The notes under the pieces were generated by a model, which was given only the letters and a program-made list of their open reading frames with translations, was not told the origin of the DNA and searched no databases. A program made the position numbers and the translations under genes. Positions 1 to 10,628 of a stretch of DNA of 64,000 bases are shown piece after piece (within the stretch, counting starts at the first letter, position 1; each line of letters starts with the position of its first letter). This DNA comes from Gammaproteobacteria bacterium (GTDB lineage: Bacteria > Pseudomonadota > Gammaproteobacteria > CAJXQU01): NCBI GenBank assembly GCA_965238175.1, contig CBDEGZ010000003.1, positions 96,001 to 160,000 of the forward strand, written 5' to 3'.

Positions 1-983
1 ATAGAATACAATGGGCGAATAAGGCAGCCGGAAATTTTCTTAATATCCATTGGCCGCAAGACCAAAGACAGCGAATCACTAATTTGATCCGTTCGCCCGA
101 GTTAGAACGATTTCTAAACAGTATCCAACATGATAAACACAATACTATCGATATAAAATCACCTCTTGATTTTGAAGTTTATCTAAGTATTAGAGTTGTT
201 CCTTATGGCAAAAACCAACGATTATTCGTTGCAAGAGATATTACGCGCTTACAAAAATTGATCGAAGTACGTAAAGATTTTGTGGCTAATGTTTCACATG
301 AGTTAAGGACTCCTCTGACTATATTACGAGGTTACCTCGAAACATTAATGCAAAATAAGACGCTTGATAAACAACAATTAGATATATCATTTTCGACCAT
401 GAACGATCAAAGTCTTCGAATGGAAAGTGTAATAAATGATCTACTGACTATTTCCAGGTTAGAAGAAGGTCGATTTGTTGCAGATCCGGAAGAGGTAGTG
501 GTTCCAGAAATGATCAAAAAAATCCATGCAGAAGCCGTTGTACTAAGTGGCGATAAACAACATCTCTTCAAAATTAGTGTGCAAGCAGATTTATGGATTA
601 AAGGTAACTCAATTGAAATTTATAGTGCTTTTTCAAACCTGGTGTTTAATGCTGTTCGATATACGCCTTCTGGTGGCGTCATTGGTCTGAGTTGGTTTAG
701 TGATGAGAATGGCGCACATATGGAAATCACTGATAATGGTGCGGGCATCCCTCCACAATCGATTCCACGTTTGACAGAACGTTTTTACAGAGTAGAACAA
801 AGCCGTGACCGTGATAAAGGTGGTAGTGGTTTAGGATTATCCATCGTCAAACATGTACTTGCACGGCACAATGCAATTTTAGATATTGAAAGTACGTTAG
901 GAAAAGGCAGTGTTTTTCGATGCAATTTTCCTGAAAAAATGATCATTAAAAATTCTACAAAAGGTTTTGATCAGCAAGCATAA
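1..983 (+). CDS. phoR: Phosphate regulon sensor histidine kinase PhoR (5' end outside window)
   Basis: Frame is open from base 3 (RIQWANKAAGNFLNIHWPQD, PAS region); H-box DFVANVSHELRTPLT; N, G1 and G2 boxes (NLVFNAVRYT, DNGAGIP, GGSGLGLSIVKH); adjacent to phn/pst genes. Confidence 0.93.
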   Translation, partial: RIQWANKAAGNFLNIHWPQDQRQRITNLIRSPELERFLNSIQHDKHNTIDIKSPLDFEVYLSIRVVPYGKNQRLFVARDITRLQKLIEVRKDFVANVSHELRTPLTILRGYLETLMQNKTLDKQQLDISFSTMNDQSLRMESVINDLLTISRLEEGRFVADPEEVVVPEMIKKIHAEAVVLSGDKQHLFKISVQADLWIKGNSIEIYSAFSNLVFNAVRYTPSGGVIGLSWFSDENGAHMEITDNGAGIPPQSIPRLTERFYRVEQSRDRDKGGSGLGLSIVKHVLARHNAILDIESTLGKGSVFRCNFPEKMIIKNSTKGFDQQA

Positions 984-1108
984 CTACACTTACACTTTCC
1001 ATCAAAAGATCAGTTTTACAAAGCGCAAGACTATCAAGCATTAATTAAGTGAGTTTGATGCAGTCTAGAAATACTCACATGGAACCTTAACTAAACCCTT
1101 TCTTTAAA

Positions 1109-1153
1109 GTGTCATAAAAAAATCATATTTATGTAACTTTCTATCTATAGGAT
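1109..1153 (+). promoter_or_regulatory. Pho-box array and -10 element of the phn operon
   Basis: GTGTCAT (1109), AAATCAT (1120), ATGTAAC (1131) at 11-bp period; TAGGAT -10 at 1148, 10 bp after the last repeat, as in PhoB-activated promoters. Confidence 0.75.
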
Positions 1154-1184
1154 GCATAGTCATGTTAGCTATAGAGATGTCTAG

Positions 1185-1913
1185 ATGACAACGAATATGC
1201 TTTGGCGTCAAACTGGTAAAACGCTGTATCTCCAGATAGCGCAGATCCTTGAAAAGGAAATCAGTCATATCTACGTACCGGGTGAAAATTTGCCCTCCGA
1301 AGTAGATCTTGCAACTCGTTTTTCGGTTAATCGCCACACTGTCCGGCACGCCATTGATGAACTGGTAGACAAAGGCCTGATAGAACGTCGCCATGGCAAA
1401 GGAATGTTTGTTCTTGATTTACGGATGGAATATTTAGTTGGTCAGGAAACTCGCTTTACAGAACAGCTTGAAGCTACAGGGAAAACCACCAATAGTCGCG
1501 TTTTACGTAAGCTCCCTTTACCTGCCCAAGGAGGAGTTGCAAAGCGACTCTCCATCAATGAAGGGCAAAAAATTATGTGGCTCGAAATTTTGCGATTGGT
1601 TGAAGATCGCCCTTTTTGTCTTGTTTCTCACTTTTTAACCCCTTCATTGATTGAGCCTATTTTAGATGGGTATAAAGAAGGTTCTCTACATAACTTCATT
1701 GCTAAAGAAACGGGATTGAAATTAGTACGTAGCAGTAGTGAGATCAGCGCCGTTTTGCCAATGTCAGATGATGCAACTCTACTTGCAATGCCTGCTCGTC
1801 AGCCCGTCTTACGGGTCAAAAGTTTGAATGTGGAAACAAAAAACAAAACGCCTGTTGAATATGCAGTTACCCGCTTCAGAGGTTCCCGCGCTCAATTATT
1901 AGTTAATCCTTAA
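1185..1913 (+). CDS. phnF: GntR/HutC-family phosphonate regulator PhnF
   Basis: N-terminal GntR wHTH (LPSEVDLATRFSVNRHTVRHAI) plus UTRA domain; first gene of phn operon. Confidence 0.9.
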   Translation: MTTNMLWRQTGKTLYLQIAQILEKEISHIYVPGENLPSEVDLATRFSVNRHTVRHAIDELVDKGLIERRHGKGMFVLDLRMEYLVGQETRFTEQLEATGKTTNSRVLRKLPLPAQGGVAKRLSINEGQKIMWLEILRLVEDRPFCLVSHFLTPSLIEPILDGYKEGSLHNFIAKETGLKLVRSSSEISAVLPMSDDATLLAMPARQPVLRVKSLNVETKNKTPVEYAVTRFRGSRAQLLVNP

Positions 1914-1949
1914 ATAAACCAAACAGTAAGTTTAATAGAGGAACTCAAA

Positions 1950-2885
1950 ATGAAACTGAAACAATTATTCGTTGCCGGATTAACCGGTATGACTATGCTG
2001 TCAACGGTCTATGCTTCTGATCTGCCTAAAGGCACAGCAGATGTTCCTTTACGCGTCATGATGGTACCGGCTGATACGGGCGGCGCTGACATAGCAGAAG
2101 ACTACAAACCTGTTTTCGATGCAATCGCAAAGCAGTATGACATCCATTTTAAAGTCATGTCTGGAAATAGTTATGCCGCGGTTGTTAAAGGCCTGTGTTC
2201 TGATCAAGCAGATATTGCCTGGTATGGGCCAGTGACCTTTGGTGAGGCCAAAGACATGTGTGGTGCGGAATTACTCGCTGTAGATGTGAAGAAAGGTGAT
2301 TCTGTTTACTACTCAGGTATCTATTCACGTAAAGACAGTGGTATTAACAAATTGGCTGATCTAAAAGGTAAAAGCCTGGCCGTAGGATCAACTCATTCTA
2401 CTTCATCTTTCAATTTTCCAATTGCAATGATCATTGATGCAGGCGTAGATCCTGTGAAAGACATTGCTACTATCGTTGTTGCTGGCAGTCATACTAACTC
2501 GATCGCAGCTTTAAAAGAAGGTCGTGTTGATGCGGCAGCTGCTTCTTTTAATTCTTGGGAAAAAGCGGTCAACAAAGGCATTATTGATCCGGCCAACTTC
2601 AAGGTACTCGCCAAGTCTGAGCCAATTCCAAATCCACCTTTGGCGATGAACCCAAAGTTAGATCCCACGCTTAAAACAAAATTACGTAAAGCCTTCAATA
2701 ACATTCACCAACATGTTGCTGTGGGAAAAATTCGTGGTTATGGCGGAAAACAAGTTGACCGTTATGACGCAGATTATCCTGAAGAGAAAATGCTCGCAGT
2801 GTTGAAAAAACTTTCTAAAGTGACTGATACATTGAAGTCTGAAATTGTCGATAAAGCAGGTGAACGTACTGCAAGCGCAAAATAA
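1950..2885 (+). CDS. phnD: Phosphonate/phosphite ABC transporter substrate-binding protein
   Basis: Signal peptide; YYSGI...DLKGK..AVGSTHSTSS motif; GSH and PIPNPP motifs of PhnD/PtxB family. Confidence 0.88.
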   Translation: MKLKQLFVAGLTGMTMLSTVYASDLPKGTADVPLRVMMVPADTGGADIAEDYKPVFDAIAKQYDIHFKVMSGNSYAAVVKGLCSDQADIAWYGPVTFGEAKDMCGAELLAVDVKKGDSVYYSGIYSRKDSGINKLADLKGKSLAVGSTHSTSSFNFPIAMIIDAGVDPVKDIATIVVAGSHTNSIAALKEGRVDAAAASFNSWEKAVNKGIIDPANFKVLAKSEPIPNPPLAMNPKLDPTLKTKLRKAFNNIHQHVAVGKIRGYGGKQVDRYDADYPEEKMLAVLKKLSKVTDTLKSEIVDKAGERTASAK

Positions 2886-2907
2886 TAAATCTGATTATCG
2901 GTTGGTA

Positions 2908-2937
2908 CCCTGGAGAGAAAATCTCTTCAGGGTTTTA
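2908..2937 (+). terminator. Stem-loop between phnD and phnC (partial terminator or mRNA stabiliser)
   Basis: ACCCTGGAGAGA-AAA-TCTCTTCAGGGT followed by TTT. Confidence 0.55.
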
Positions 2938-2978
2938 TTATTGAAAACCACATGTGCAATAATTTAAAGAGAAAAATA

Positions 2979-3776
2979 ATGCTTGAATTCAAATCTGTGT
3001 CGCGCATATATCCAGATGGTACCAAAGCTACAGACAACCTGGATCTTTCAATTAATCGAGGTGAATTTTGTGTATTGCTTGGACCCTCTGGAGCAGGTAA
3101 GTCAACCTTGATGGGAATGATTAACGGCCTGGTAATACCTTCCAGTGGCAAGATCAGATTTGGTGATGTCTTCATAAATGCGAATAACCTGAAATGCTGT
3201 CAGCAACGTATTAGTATGATCCATCAACAATTGCACCTTGTACCGCGCCTTAACGTTTTGCATAACGTTATTACTGGAAAGCTATTCAAATTATCGACTT
3301 TCCACAGTTTGTTGAAGCTGTTTAATATTCCTGATCAACGTCTTGCCTGTAAATTACTAGAACAGGTTGGCTTAGAAGAAAAACATCTCTACCGACGCGC
3401 CTCAGAACTATCGGGAGGCCAGCAACAACGAGTAGCTATTGCGCGTGCTTTTATATCCAACCCCGAAGTTGTACTTGCTGACGAACCCGTCGCTAGCCTT
3501 GATCCAGCGGTTAGTCGTAGTGTTCTTGCCAGCCTGAAAACTGCTTCACGTAATCATAATGCTACTGTCATATGTAGTTTGCATCAGATTGAATTTGCCA
3601 TTGAATTTGCCGATCGAATTTTAGGTCTACGCGACGGAAAGTTAATATTTGATGGCTGCCCTGAGGAGTTAACCTCAGATGTAATAAGAAAGATCTACGA
3701 TCAGAAACAACCTCATCCATTAAAAACTGACGTATATAGACCTGCAACGTTATTACAACAATCGGCGGTCGCTTGA
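2979..3776 (+). CDS. phnC: Phosphonate ABC transporter ATPase PhnC
   Basis: Walker [35 protein letters not shown]; start placed at MLEFK. Confidence 0.92.
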   Translation: MLEFKSVSRIYPDGTKATDNLDLSINRGEFCVLLGPSGAGKSTLMGMINGLVIPSSGKIRFGDVFINANNLKCCQQRISMIHQQLHLVPRLNVLHNVITGKLFKLSTFHSLLKLFNIPDQRLACKLLEQVGLEEKHLYRRASELSGGQQQRVAIARAFISNPEVVLADEPVASLDPAVSRSVLASLKTASRNHNATVICSLHQIEFAIEFADRILGLRDGKLIFDGCPEELTSDVIRKIYDQKQPHPLKTDVYRPATLLQQSAVA

Positions 3777-3783
3777 GAAAATA

Positions 3784-4797
3784 ATGTCAGCAAATCAAGA
3801 GACAAATGTAGTAACAAAGCGACCATACGATCAATGGGATCTGCATCGTGCTATCACACCAAAATTGATTGGCTTATTATTATTGATCACTATCTGCTTA
3901 GGGATCTCAGCACACAACACGGAAATAGATAGAGCCACCTATGAAACGGGCAAGGCCATCGTTGCCATGACCGGTATGACCGATTCCAAAGTTCTTGATG
4001 GTGCAACAAGCTTTATCAAAGAGGCATTCCCTTTTACAATTTCTTCACGTAAAGCAACTAATCGCATTGATAATTTTGATCAAGAAAACCTGCCTCTGTT
4101 CAGTAGAATCGAAACCATTGAAGAGCGCAGTTACGATGCCTTGAGTGAAACTTACAGTGTCGAGAAAACCGAATATCTGATCCAACCCACAGGCTATCTG
4201 AAAAAAGTTCTGATAAAAATGTTCGAAACCATAGAAATGGGTTTCTGGGGAACATTTTTGTCTGTGTTGATCTCATTACCTCTCGGCATCCTAGCAGCGC
4301 AAAATTATAGTCCAAATCTATTCACCTACAATATTGCACGGCTATGGCTTGGCTTTAATCGCTCTATGCCTGAACTCATTATCGCACTATTTTTTGTCTT
4401 GATGTACGGTTTTGGACCCATTGCAGGCGTATTAGCGCTAGCCGTACATACGAGTGGTGTACTGGGTAAATTCTTTGCTGATGAAATAGAAAATTCGCCA
4501 TCTGGTCCACAAACCGCATTGAAATCTTCTGGTGCAAATCGCATCAAAGTACTTCGTTTTGCTGTGCTACCAGCAGTATTTCCAGCCTTCGTCGGCTTTG
4601 TGCAGTACATATTCGAGCGAAACATCCGTACCGCCACAGTGCTTGGATTGGTTGGTGCCGGTGGTATCGGCATGGAACTCAAAGGTCGCTGGGATAGTTT
4701 TGCTTATTCCCATGTTTCTACCATTTTGTTAGTAATTTTTATCACCGTTATGTTGCTAGAACTTGCAAGCCAAAGAATTCGTAGCAAGAGCCTTTAA
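3784..4797 (+). CDS. phnE: Phosphonate ABC transporter permease PhnE
   Basis: FERNIRTATVLGLVGAGGIG PhnE signature; several TM segments. Confidence 0.92.
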   Translation: MSANQETNVVTKRPYDQWDLHRAITPKLIGLLLLITICLGISAHNTEIDRATYETGKAIVAMTGMTDSKVLDGATSFIKEAFPFTISSRKATNRIDNFDQENLPLFSRIETIEERSYDALSETYSVEKTEYLIQPTGYLKKVLIKMFETIEMGFWGTFLSVLISLPLGILAAQNYSPNLFTYNIARLWLGFNRSMPELIIALFFVLMYGFGPIAGVLALAVHTSGVLGKFFADEIENSPSGPQTALKSSGANRIKVLRFAVLPAVFPAFVGFVQYIFERNIRTATVLGLVGAGGIGMELKGRWDSFAYSHVSTILLVIFITVMLLELASQRIRSKSL

Positions 4798-4830
4798 GCC
4801 AGGGTATTAAAAAGGAATTAATTAACAAAC

Positions 4831-5316
4831 ATGTTATCTAGACAACCAGACAAGGTAAACCGATCCCAGTGGGTAAAAGCACTTAGTGCACTTCCTATTG
4901 AACGCATTATTACGACCGGTGAAAGACTTGGCAGAACTTGGACGATTAAAGATAAATCATTGCCACAATCTGGTTTAGGCATGCTCAAATTACGGGATGG
5001 CGCACTCCATGAACCTTTTTATCTAGGTGAGTTTCCGATTGCTACTGCCTGGCTCGTTATCACAACGGACGATGGTCAAACGGTGGAAGGTGCAGCTCAA
5101 GTGATGGATGACACCATAGAGCTCGCAAAAATGCTTGCTTTGTTTGATGCGATTCTTGCCAACCAACTTAATGGTTGGGAACAGGCTATAGAAATGGTTA
5201 ATGAGGGTATGGAGATTATCCATGCAATCAAAATAAAACGCCATGCGATGTTAACTAAAACACATGTTGATTTTTCGTTGTTGGATTCTATGGGGGACGG
5301 AGATGAAGATGTATGA
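4831..5316 (+). CDS. phnG: C-P lyase subunit PhnG
   Basis: PQSGLGMLKLRDG..EPFYLGE motif, ALFDAIL; position in operon. Confidence 0.85.
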   Translation: MLSRQPDKVNRSQWVKALSALPIERIITTGERLGRTWTIKDKSLPQSGLGMLKLRDGALHEPFYLGEFPIATAWLVITTDDGQTVEGAAQVMDDTIELAKMLALFDAILANQLNGWEQAIEMVNEGMEIIHAIKIKRHAMLTKTHVDFSLLDSMGDGDEDV

Positions 5317-5863
5317 ATCAATCTGGGAACCAGTAAATCAGCAGCGCATTTTTCGTAAATTGATGGACATAATGACACGACCTGGTGAGATCAAAGACCT
5401 TGCAGAATTTGTCTTGGACTCAACAGCAGCAAGAGGGGTACTTGCAACACTACTTGATGCTGAAGTTAGTTTAAGTGATCACGATCAACAGCTACCGGTA
5501 TCTGATTGGCCACTATTGCAGGCCAATAGTAACAACTCAGAAAATGCCGATTATATTTTCTGTTCTGGTTCAAGTACACCTGATTTTGAACCTCGTCTTG
5601 GAACATTACCAAGCCCTGACCTTTCTGCAACTATAATCATTAATATAAAAAATTTAAGCCGTGGTTCAGACCCTGGCTGCCTGCAACTTTCTGGTCCTGG
5701 AATCAAAACAAAATCCATGATCAACATCGAAGGTTTAAGCCCGGTATGGTTAGAAAAACGTGAGAGTTGGATCTGCAACTTTCCACTTGGTGTTGACATG
5801 ATCCTTGTCGATCAAACACAAATCGTGGCAATACCACGTACCACAAAAGTGGAGCTATGCTAA
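5303..5863 (+). CDS. phnH: C-P lyase subunit PhnH
   Basis: QQRIFRKLMDIMTRPG, GTLPSPDLSAT, LSGPGI, FPLGVD, IPRTT motifs; start moved to ATG 5303 overlapping phnG end. Confidence 0.88.
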   Translation: MKMYESIWEPVNQQRIFRKLMDIMTRPGEIKDLAEFVLDSTAARGVLATLLDAEVSLSDHDQQLPVSDWPLLQANSNNSENADYIFCSGSSTPDFEPRLGTLPSPDLSATIIINIKNLSRGSDPGCLQLSGPGIKTKSMINIEGLSPVWLEKRESWICNFPLGVDMILVDQTQIVAIPRTTKVELC

Positions 5864-6978
5864 TGGGTTATGTTGCGATAAAAGGTGGCGGAAAAGCTAT
5901 AAAGGGTGCTGAAGATCTGCTGGATTATTTGCGCTGCGAACAGGGCGATAATGGACAGCCACTTGATACAGAAACTATTGAAACCCAACTTCGTCTGCTT
6001 CATAGTCGGGTTATATCTGAAGGTGGCCTTTATCATCCAAAGCTGGCATCACTCGCCATTAAACAAAGTTTAGGTGACACCCTTGAAGCTTCATTTGCAC
6101 TACGCGCTTATCGTTCTACCCAGCCACGTTTACTAGAAACCCCATTGTTAGACAGCAGTAACATGCGCATGATCCGTCGCATCTCTGCCGCTTTTAAAGA
6201 TATTCCCGGCGGGCAAATATTAGGCTCTACCAGTGACTACGCATTACGTCTGCTGCGTATGGAATTACTGAATGAATCAGAAACAGACTTCCGTAAAATC
6301 TCACGTGACTGGCTGACGGATATACCTGAATCAGATCTTCCTGACAATTTCCCAAAAGTATTGGACAGTCTTCGTGAAGAAGGGCTATTACCTGCCGTCA
6401 ATCTAATTGCAGATAAAGAGCCTTTTGATATCACCCGTGAGCCACTGATCTTTCCCGTACCCCGCTCTGCTGCACTGGCGACTATGGCGCGTGGCGAAAC
6501 AGGATCATTACTAGCTATTGCTTACTCTAACATGCGTGGTTATGGCGATGTTCATCCGACAGTCGCCGAACTACGTATTGGTTATTTACCTATTATGTTG
6601 CCGCACCCGATCAGCGGTGAATTGATTGAGGCTGGCGAGGTTTTAATGACCGAATGTGAAGTGATCGCAATGTACGAAGATGAGAACGAGGCTAACAGTA
6701 AGCCAGTATTTACTCTAGGGTATGGCGCCTGTTTTGGACATAATGAAACCAAAGCTATAGCGATGGCGATTCTGGATCGATCATTACAAAAAGGGATGCA
6801 GGGTACGCCAGGTAATCCCTCTGAAGATCCGGAATTTGTGCTATTACATGTAGATGGAATCGACTCCATGGGATTTTGCACACATTACAAAATGCCACAC
6901 TACGTGACCTTCCAGTCAGATATGGATCGATTACGCCAGACGCAACAAAATGTTAGCAAAGAAGACCATGCATCATGA
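5863..6978 (+). CDS. phnI: C-P lyase subunit PhnI
   Basis: MGYVAIKGG start, RRISAAFKDIPGGQILG, HPTVAELR, HVDGIDSMGFCTHYKMPHYVTFQS. Confidence 0.93.
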   Translation: MGYVAIKGGGKAIKGAEDLLDYLRCEQGDNGQPLDTETIETQLRLLHSRVISEGGLYHPKLASLAIKQSLGDTLEASFALRAYRSTQPRLLETPLLDSSNMRMIRRISAAFKDIPGGQILGSTSDYALRLLRMELLNESETDFRKISRDWLTDIPESDLPDNFPKVLDSLREEGLLPAVNLIADKEPFDITREPLIFPVPRSAALATMARGETGSLLAIAYSNMRGYGDVHPTVAELRIGYLPIMLPHPISGELIEAGEVLMTECEVIAMYEDENEANSKPVFTLGYGACFGHNETKAIAMAILDRSLQKGMQGTPGNPSEDPEFVLLHVDGIDSMGFCTHYKMPHYVTFQSDMDRLRQTQQNVSKEDHAS

Positions 6979-7856
6979 GTAATTTCAGACAAGTTACTAG
7001 TCGTTATCCATTTGGTTTTCTTGATGAATATGCGAAAAAAGAGGTACGCCGCACTGTATTGAAAGCGATCGCAATCCCAGGTTATCAAGTCCCTTACTCC
7101 TCCCGCGAAATGCCCATGGGTCGAGGTTTTGGAACCGGCGGTCTTCAACTCACGCTTGGTATTATTGGAACTGATGATACTTTAAAAGTAATTGATCAAG
7201 GCTCTGATGATTCCGTTAACGCCGTTAACCTGCGTAGCTTTATCGAAATGACCTGTCCCGGAATCAATACTACCAATAAAACTGAGGAGGCAGATCTGAT
7301 CCAATCACGTCACCGTATCCCGGAAAAGATATTACGTGAAGATCAAATAATTGTATTACAGGTACCATACCCAGATGCATTGGTTGTTGTTGAACCTTCC
7401 GAAGTTCAACGCAAAATCATGCACGGTGAAGCTGATTATTCACGGCTACTGGTTAAGCTTTATGAAGATATTGTGCAGTTTGGTGAGATCACTATCTCAC
7501 ACCGATACCCAACGCGCATAAATAATCATTACATTATCGATTCATCTCCGATACCACGCTGGGATGTGCCTAAGTTGCACCAATCTAAAGCACTGATCTT
7601 ATTCGGCGCTGGTCGTGAGAAAAAGATTTATGCTGTACCACCCTATACTGATGCAGAACCCCTTGCGTTTGAAGATGTGAAATTTCGAGTAGAAGATTTT
7701 ACTAATACTCAGGGACAGCGCCTAGCTTGTACGCAGTGCGGTTGTACGGACAGTTTTCTTGATGAGTTTATGATTGAACAAAATAAAAAAGTTTATCAGT
7801 GTTCTGATGCTGACTGGTGCAATAGTCAACAAAATGTAAGTGAGACTTTGCAATGA
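6975..7856 (+). CDS. phnJ: Radical-SAM C-P bond cleaving enzyme PhnJ
   Basis: AIPGYQVP (glycyl-radical Gly equivalent), LKVIDQG.DDSVNA, IQSRHRIPE, GAGREKKIYAVPPYT, C-terminal CX2C-X20-C-X5-C. Confidence 0.95.
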   Translation: MSNFRQVTSRYPFGFLDEYAKKEVRRTVLKAIAIPGYQVPYSSREMPMGRGFGTGGLQLTLGIIGTDDTLKVIDQGSDDSVNAVNLRSFIEMTCPGINTTNKTEEADLIQSRHRIPEKILREDQIIVLQVPYPDALVVVEPSEVQRKIMHGEADYSRLLVKLYEDIVQFGEITISHRYPTRINNHYIIDSSPIPRWDVPKLHQSKALILFGAGREKKIYAVPPYTDAEPLAFEDVKFRVEDFTNTQGQRLACTQCGCTDSFLDEFMIEQNKKVYQCSDADWCNSQQNVSETLQ

Positions 7857-8683
7857 ATAAAGTACTTGAGGTTCGAAATTTGACCAAAGTTTATGGTGAG
7901 GCTTGTGCTCAATGTTATACCCGTACTGGTCCTGAGTTCGACACTAATATCTGTTCACACTGCGGTAGTGTCATTGCTATTCACAATCTCTCTTTTGATC
8001 TGCATAAAGGCGAGATCCTTGGCATTATGGGCGAGTCCGGGAGTGGTAAATCGACGGTTGTGAAAAATCTATTTTTCGATCAAAAACCTACTACTGGGAA
8101 GGCTATTTTTTATAATGAAGATCATGAATATGATCTGTTTAATCTCAATGCCGCACAACAGCGCCACTTAAGAAATCATCACCTAGGAATGGTTTATCAA
8201 AACCCACACCTTGGACTTAATTTCGACATCTCTGCGGGTGGAAATATAGCAGAAAGATTGTTGATGAATGATTTGTACAATTACTCTGAGATTAGAACCC
8301 GTGCACGAGAATTGTTACTTCGCACTGAAGTTTTAACAGAACGTATGGATGAACTACCGAAGAATTTTTCTGGAGGCATGCAACAACGTGTTCAAATCGC
8401 AAAAGCATTAGCCACTAACCCACCTATGCTTTTCCTTGATGAGGTTACTACCGGACTGGATCTGTCAGTTCAGGCCAGAATTCTTGATCTGATTCTTGAG
8501 ATCCAACAGGAAATGCAAACGGCCATGCTTGTTGTAACGCATGACCTGGGTGTTGTGCGCCTGCTTACCGGACGAACAATCGTCATGAAATACGGACGAA
8601 TTATTGAGTCTGGTTTAACGGATCAGATCCTTGAAGATCCTCAACATGAATATTCACAACGACTAGTTGCCTCAGCACTATAA
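7853..8683 (+). CDS. phnK: C-P lyase ABC-type ATPase PhnK
   Basis: GESGSGKST, ISAGGNIAERL, FSGGMQQRVQIAKAL, GLDLSVQARILD, GLTDQILEDPQH. Confidence 0.93.
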   Translation: MNKVLEVRNLTKVYGEACAQCYTRTGPEFDTNICSHCGSVIAIHNLSFDLHKGEILGIMGESGSGKSTVVKNLFFDQKPTTGKAIFYNEDHEYDLFNLNAAQQRHLRNHHLGMVYQNPHLGLNFDISAGGNIAERLLMNDLYNYSEIRTRARELLLRTEVLTERMDELPKNFSGGMQQRVQIAKALATNPPMLFLDEVTTGLDLSVQARILDLILEIQQEMQTAMLVVTHDLGVVRLLTGRTIVMKYGRIIESGLTDQILEDPQHEYSQRLVASAL

Positions 8684-8695
8684 TCAGGAGAGAGT

Positions 8696-9463
8696 GTGAA
8701 TCCCAAACAAATATTACGCGTTGAAAATTTTTCCAAAACCTTCACGCTGCACGAGCAAGGTAAGGTCATTCCCTCTTCTAAGCAGATCAACTTTTCTGTA
8801 TTCAGCGGAAAGCTTACGGCGATAGTTGGCCCAACCGGGGTTGGAAAATCTTCTGTACTCAAAGGAATTTTTCGTACGTATCTACCGTCTAGCGGTCGAC
8901 TGCTTTATCAGACACAAAACGGCAATGAAATTGATCTGGCCCAAGCTGATGAGCATCAAATCCTTGAACTACGTCAGAATGAAATCAGCTTCGTCACACA
9001 GTTTTTACACGTACTACCACGCAAATCCACATTGGATGTCGTCGCCCAACCATTGTATAGAAAAGGGATCAAAGTTGAAGAAGCTCATCATCTTGCCAGG
9101 GAAATGTTGAATATCCTAAACATTCCAGAACCTCTATGGTCAGTACCGCCAGCAACCTTTTCCGGTGGCGAGAAACAACGTGTCAATCTTGCCCGTGGCC
9201 TCATCTCGAAGCCAAGATTGTTACTACTGGATGAACCAACGGCCAGTCTTGATCCAAAAACGACAGAAAAAGTCATCGAATTGATCGCCTGCATGAAAGA
9301 TAAAGGAATCGCCATATTAGCGATTTTTCATCAGCCGGAGTTAGTCGAACGTTTAGCTGACTCTACGATTGAGCTTGAAGCACCCACTACTAATCCAGCT
9401 ATAGAAATTAACTCTCAGGAGAATGCATATGAACCCGCTAGTTATGCCACAGGTACACAATAA
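8696..9463 (+). CDS. phnL: C-P lyase ABC-type ATPase PhnL
   Basis: KTFTLHEQG, GPTGVGKSS, PATFSGGEKQRVNLAR, LDEPTASLD. Confidence 0.93.
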   Translation: MNPKQILRVENFSKTFTLHEQGKVIPSSKQINFSVFSGKLTAIVGPTGVGKSSVLKGIFRTYLPSSGRLLYQTQNGNEIDLAQADEHQILELRQNEISFVTQFLHVLPRKSTLDVVAQPLYRKGIKVEEAHHLAREMLNILNIPEPLWSVPPATFSGGEKQRVNLARGLISKPRLLLLDEPTASLDPKTTEKVIELIACMKDKGIAILAIFHQPELVERLADSTIELEAPTTNPAIEINSQENAYEPASYATGTQ

Positions 9464-10628
9464 ACAAGCCAATTGTTATCTGACTGGTGCAAAAATTGTT
9501 TTGCGCGAAGAAGTACTTGAGGATGCCTCGCTACTGATCGAGGATGGTTTGATCAGCGCGATCAATCCTGAGTCTGTTCGTGGGATAGACGAAATTAATT
9601 TGCGTGGTAAATATTTGCTACCTGGACTTATTGATCTTCACTGTGATGCACTGGAGAAAGAAATTGAACCACGTGCTGGTGTGTTTTTTCCTTTACCATT
9701 TGCTATTGCTCAGGCAGATAAACGCAACGCAATGGCCGGAATTACAACCCCCTTTCATGCCCTTTCATTTGCAGATGAAGAACTGGGTGTTCGCAATAAT
9801 AATATTGCTGCTGAGATTGCCCGCATGGTTCATACACTTCATGAAAACACCTTAGTCGATAATCGTGTTCACTGTCGTTATGAAATTACTGATCCCACTG
9901 GATTAGAGATCTTGCTTCAATTAATGGATAAAGGCTTCATTAATTTATTATCACTAATGGATCACACTCCAGGTCAGGGTCAGTTTAAAGATCTGGCTGC
10001 ATATCAAGATTTCTTTGCGAGCAATTACAGTAGAAGTGCTGAAGAAGTTATGAAAATAGCAGAGCAAAAGTTGGCCAATGGCGATCAGGCTCAATATAGA
10101 ATTGAAGCGCTGGCAACAAAGGCCAGAAACCATGCTATTCCATTGGCCAGTCATGATGATGACTGTATCTCACGTGTCGAAATCATGAATGCGGTTGGTG
10201 TCACTCTTAGCGAATTTCCGATCAACCTTGAAACGGCACAAGCAGCACAACACGTTGGTATGCATACCATTTTTGGTGCGCCGAACTTATTGCGTGGAAA
10301 AAGTCAAAGTGGATCAATGAAAGCATTGGAAGCAATTGAAGCTAATGTAGCCACCTGTTTATGTGGAGACTACTCGCCAGGAAGTTTACTCCCAGCAATT
10401 TTCAAATTACCCGAAATTTCTGATTTGAATCTTTGGGAGGCTACCAGACTGGTAACAGACAACCCGGCACAGGCAATAGGTCTGGATGATAGAGGTACAA
10501 TCACAACGGGTAAACGCGCAGATCTTGTCATTGTAACAATGGTTGGTAATCTACCACAGGCAAGTTGCACATTCGCTGCAGGTAAGCCCGTCTTTCAAGC
10601 CGGCTTTCTGGAGAATAGCAATGTCTAA
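9429..10628 (+). CDS. phnM: Alpha-D-ribose 1-methylphosphonate 5-triphosphate diphosphatase PhnM
   Basis: PGLIDLHCD, SLMDHTPGQGQF, ASHDD, GAPN.LRG.SQSG amidohydrolase motifs. Confidence 0.93.
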   Translation: MNPLVMPQVHNKQANCYLTGAKIVLREEVLEDASLLIEDGLISAINPESVRGIDEINLRGKYLLPGLIDLHCDALEKEIEPRAGVFFPLPFAIAQADKRNAMAGITTPFHALSFADEELGVRNNNIAAEIARMVHTLHENTLVDNRVHCRYEITDPTGLEILLQLMDKGFINLLSLMDHTPGQGQFKDLAAYQDFFASNYSRSAEEVMKIAEQKLANGDQAQYRIEALATKARNHAIPLASHDDDCISRVEIMNAVGVTLSEFPINLETAQAAQHVGMHTIFGAPNLLRGKSQSGSMKALEAIEANVATCLCGDYSPGSLLPAIFKLPEISDLNLWEATRLVTDNPAQAIGLDDRGTITTGKRADLVIVTMVGNLPQASCTFAAGKPVFQAGFLENSNV

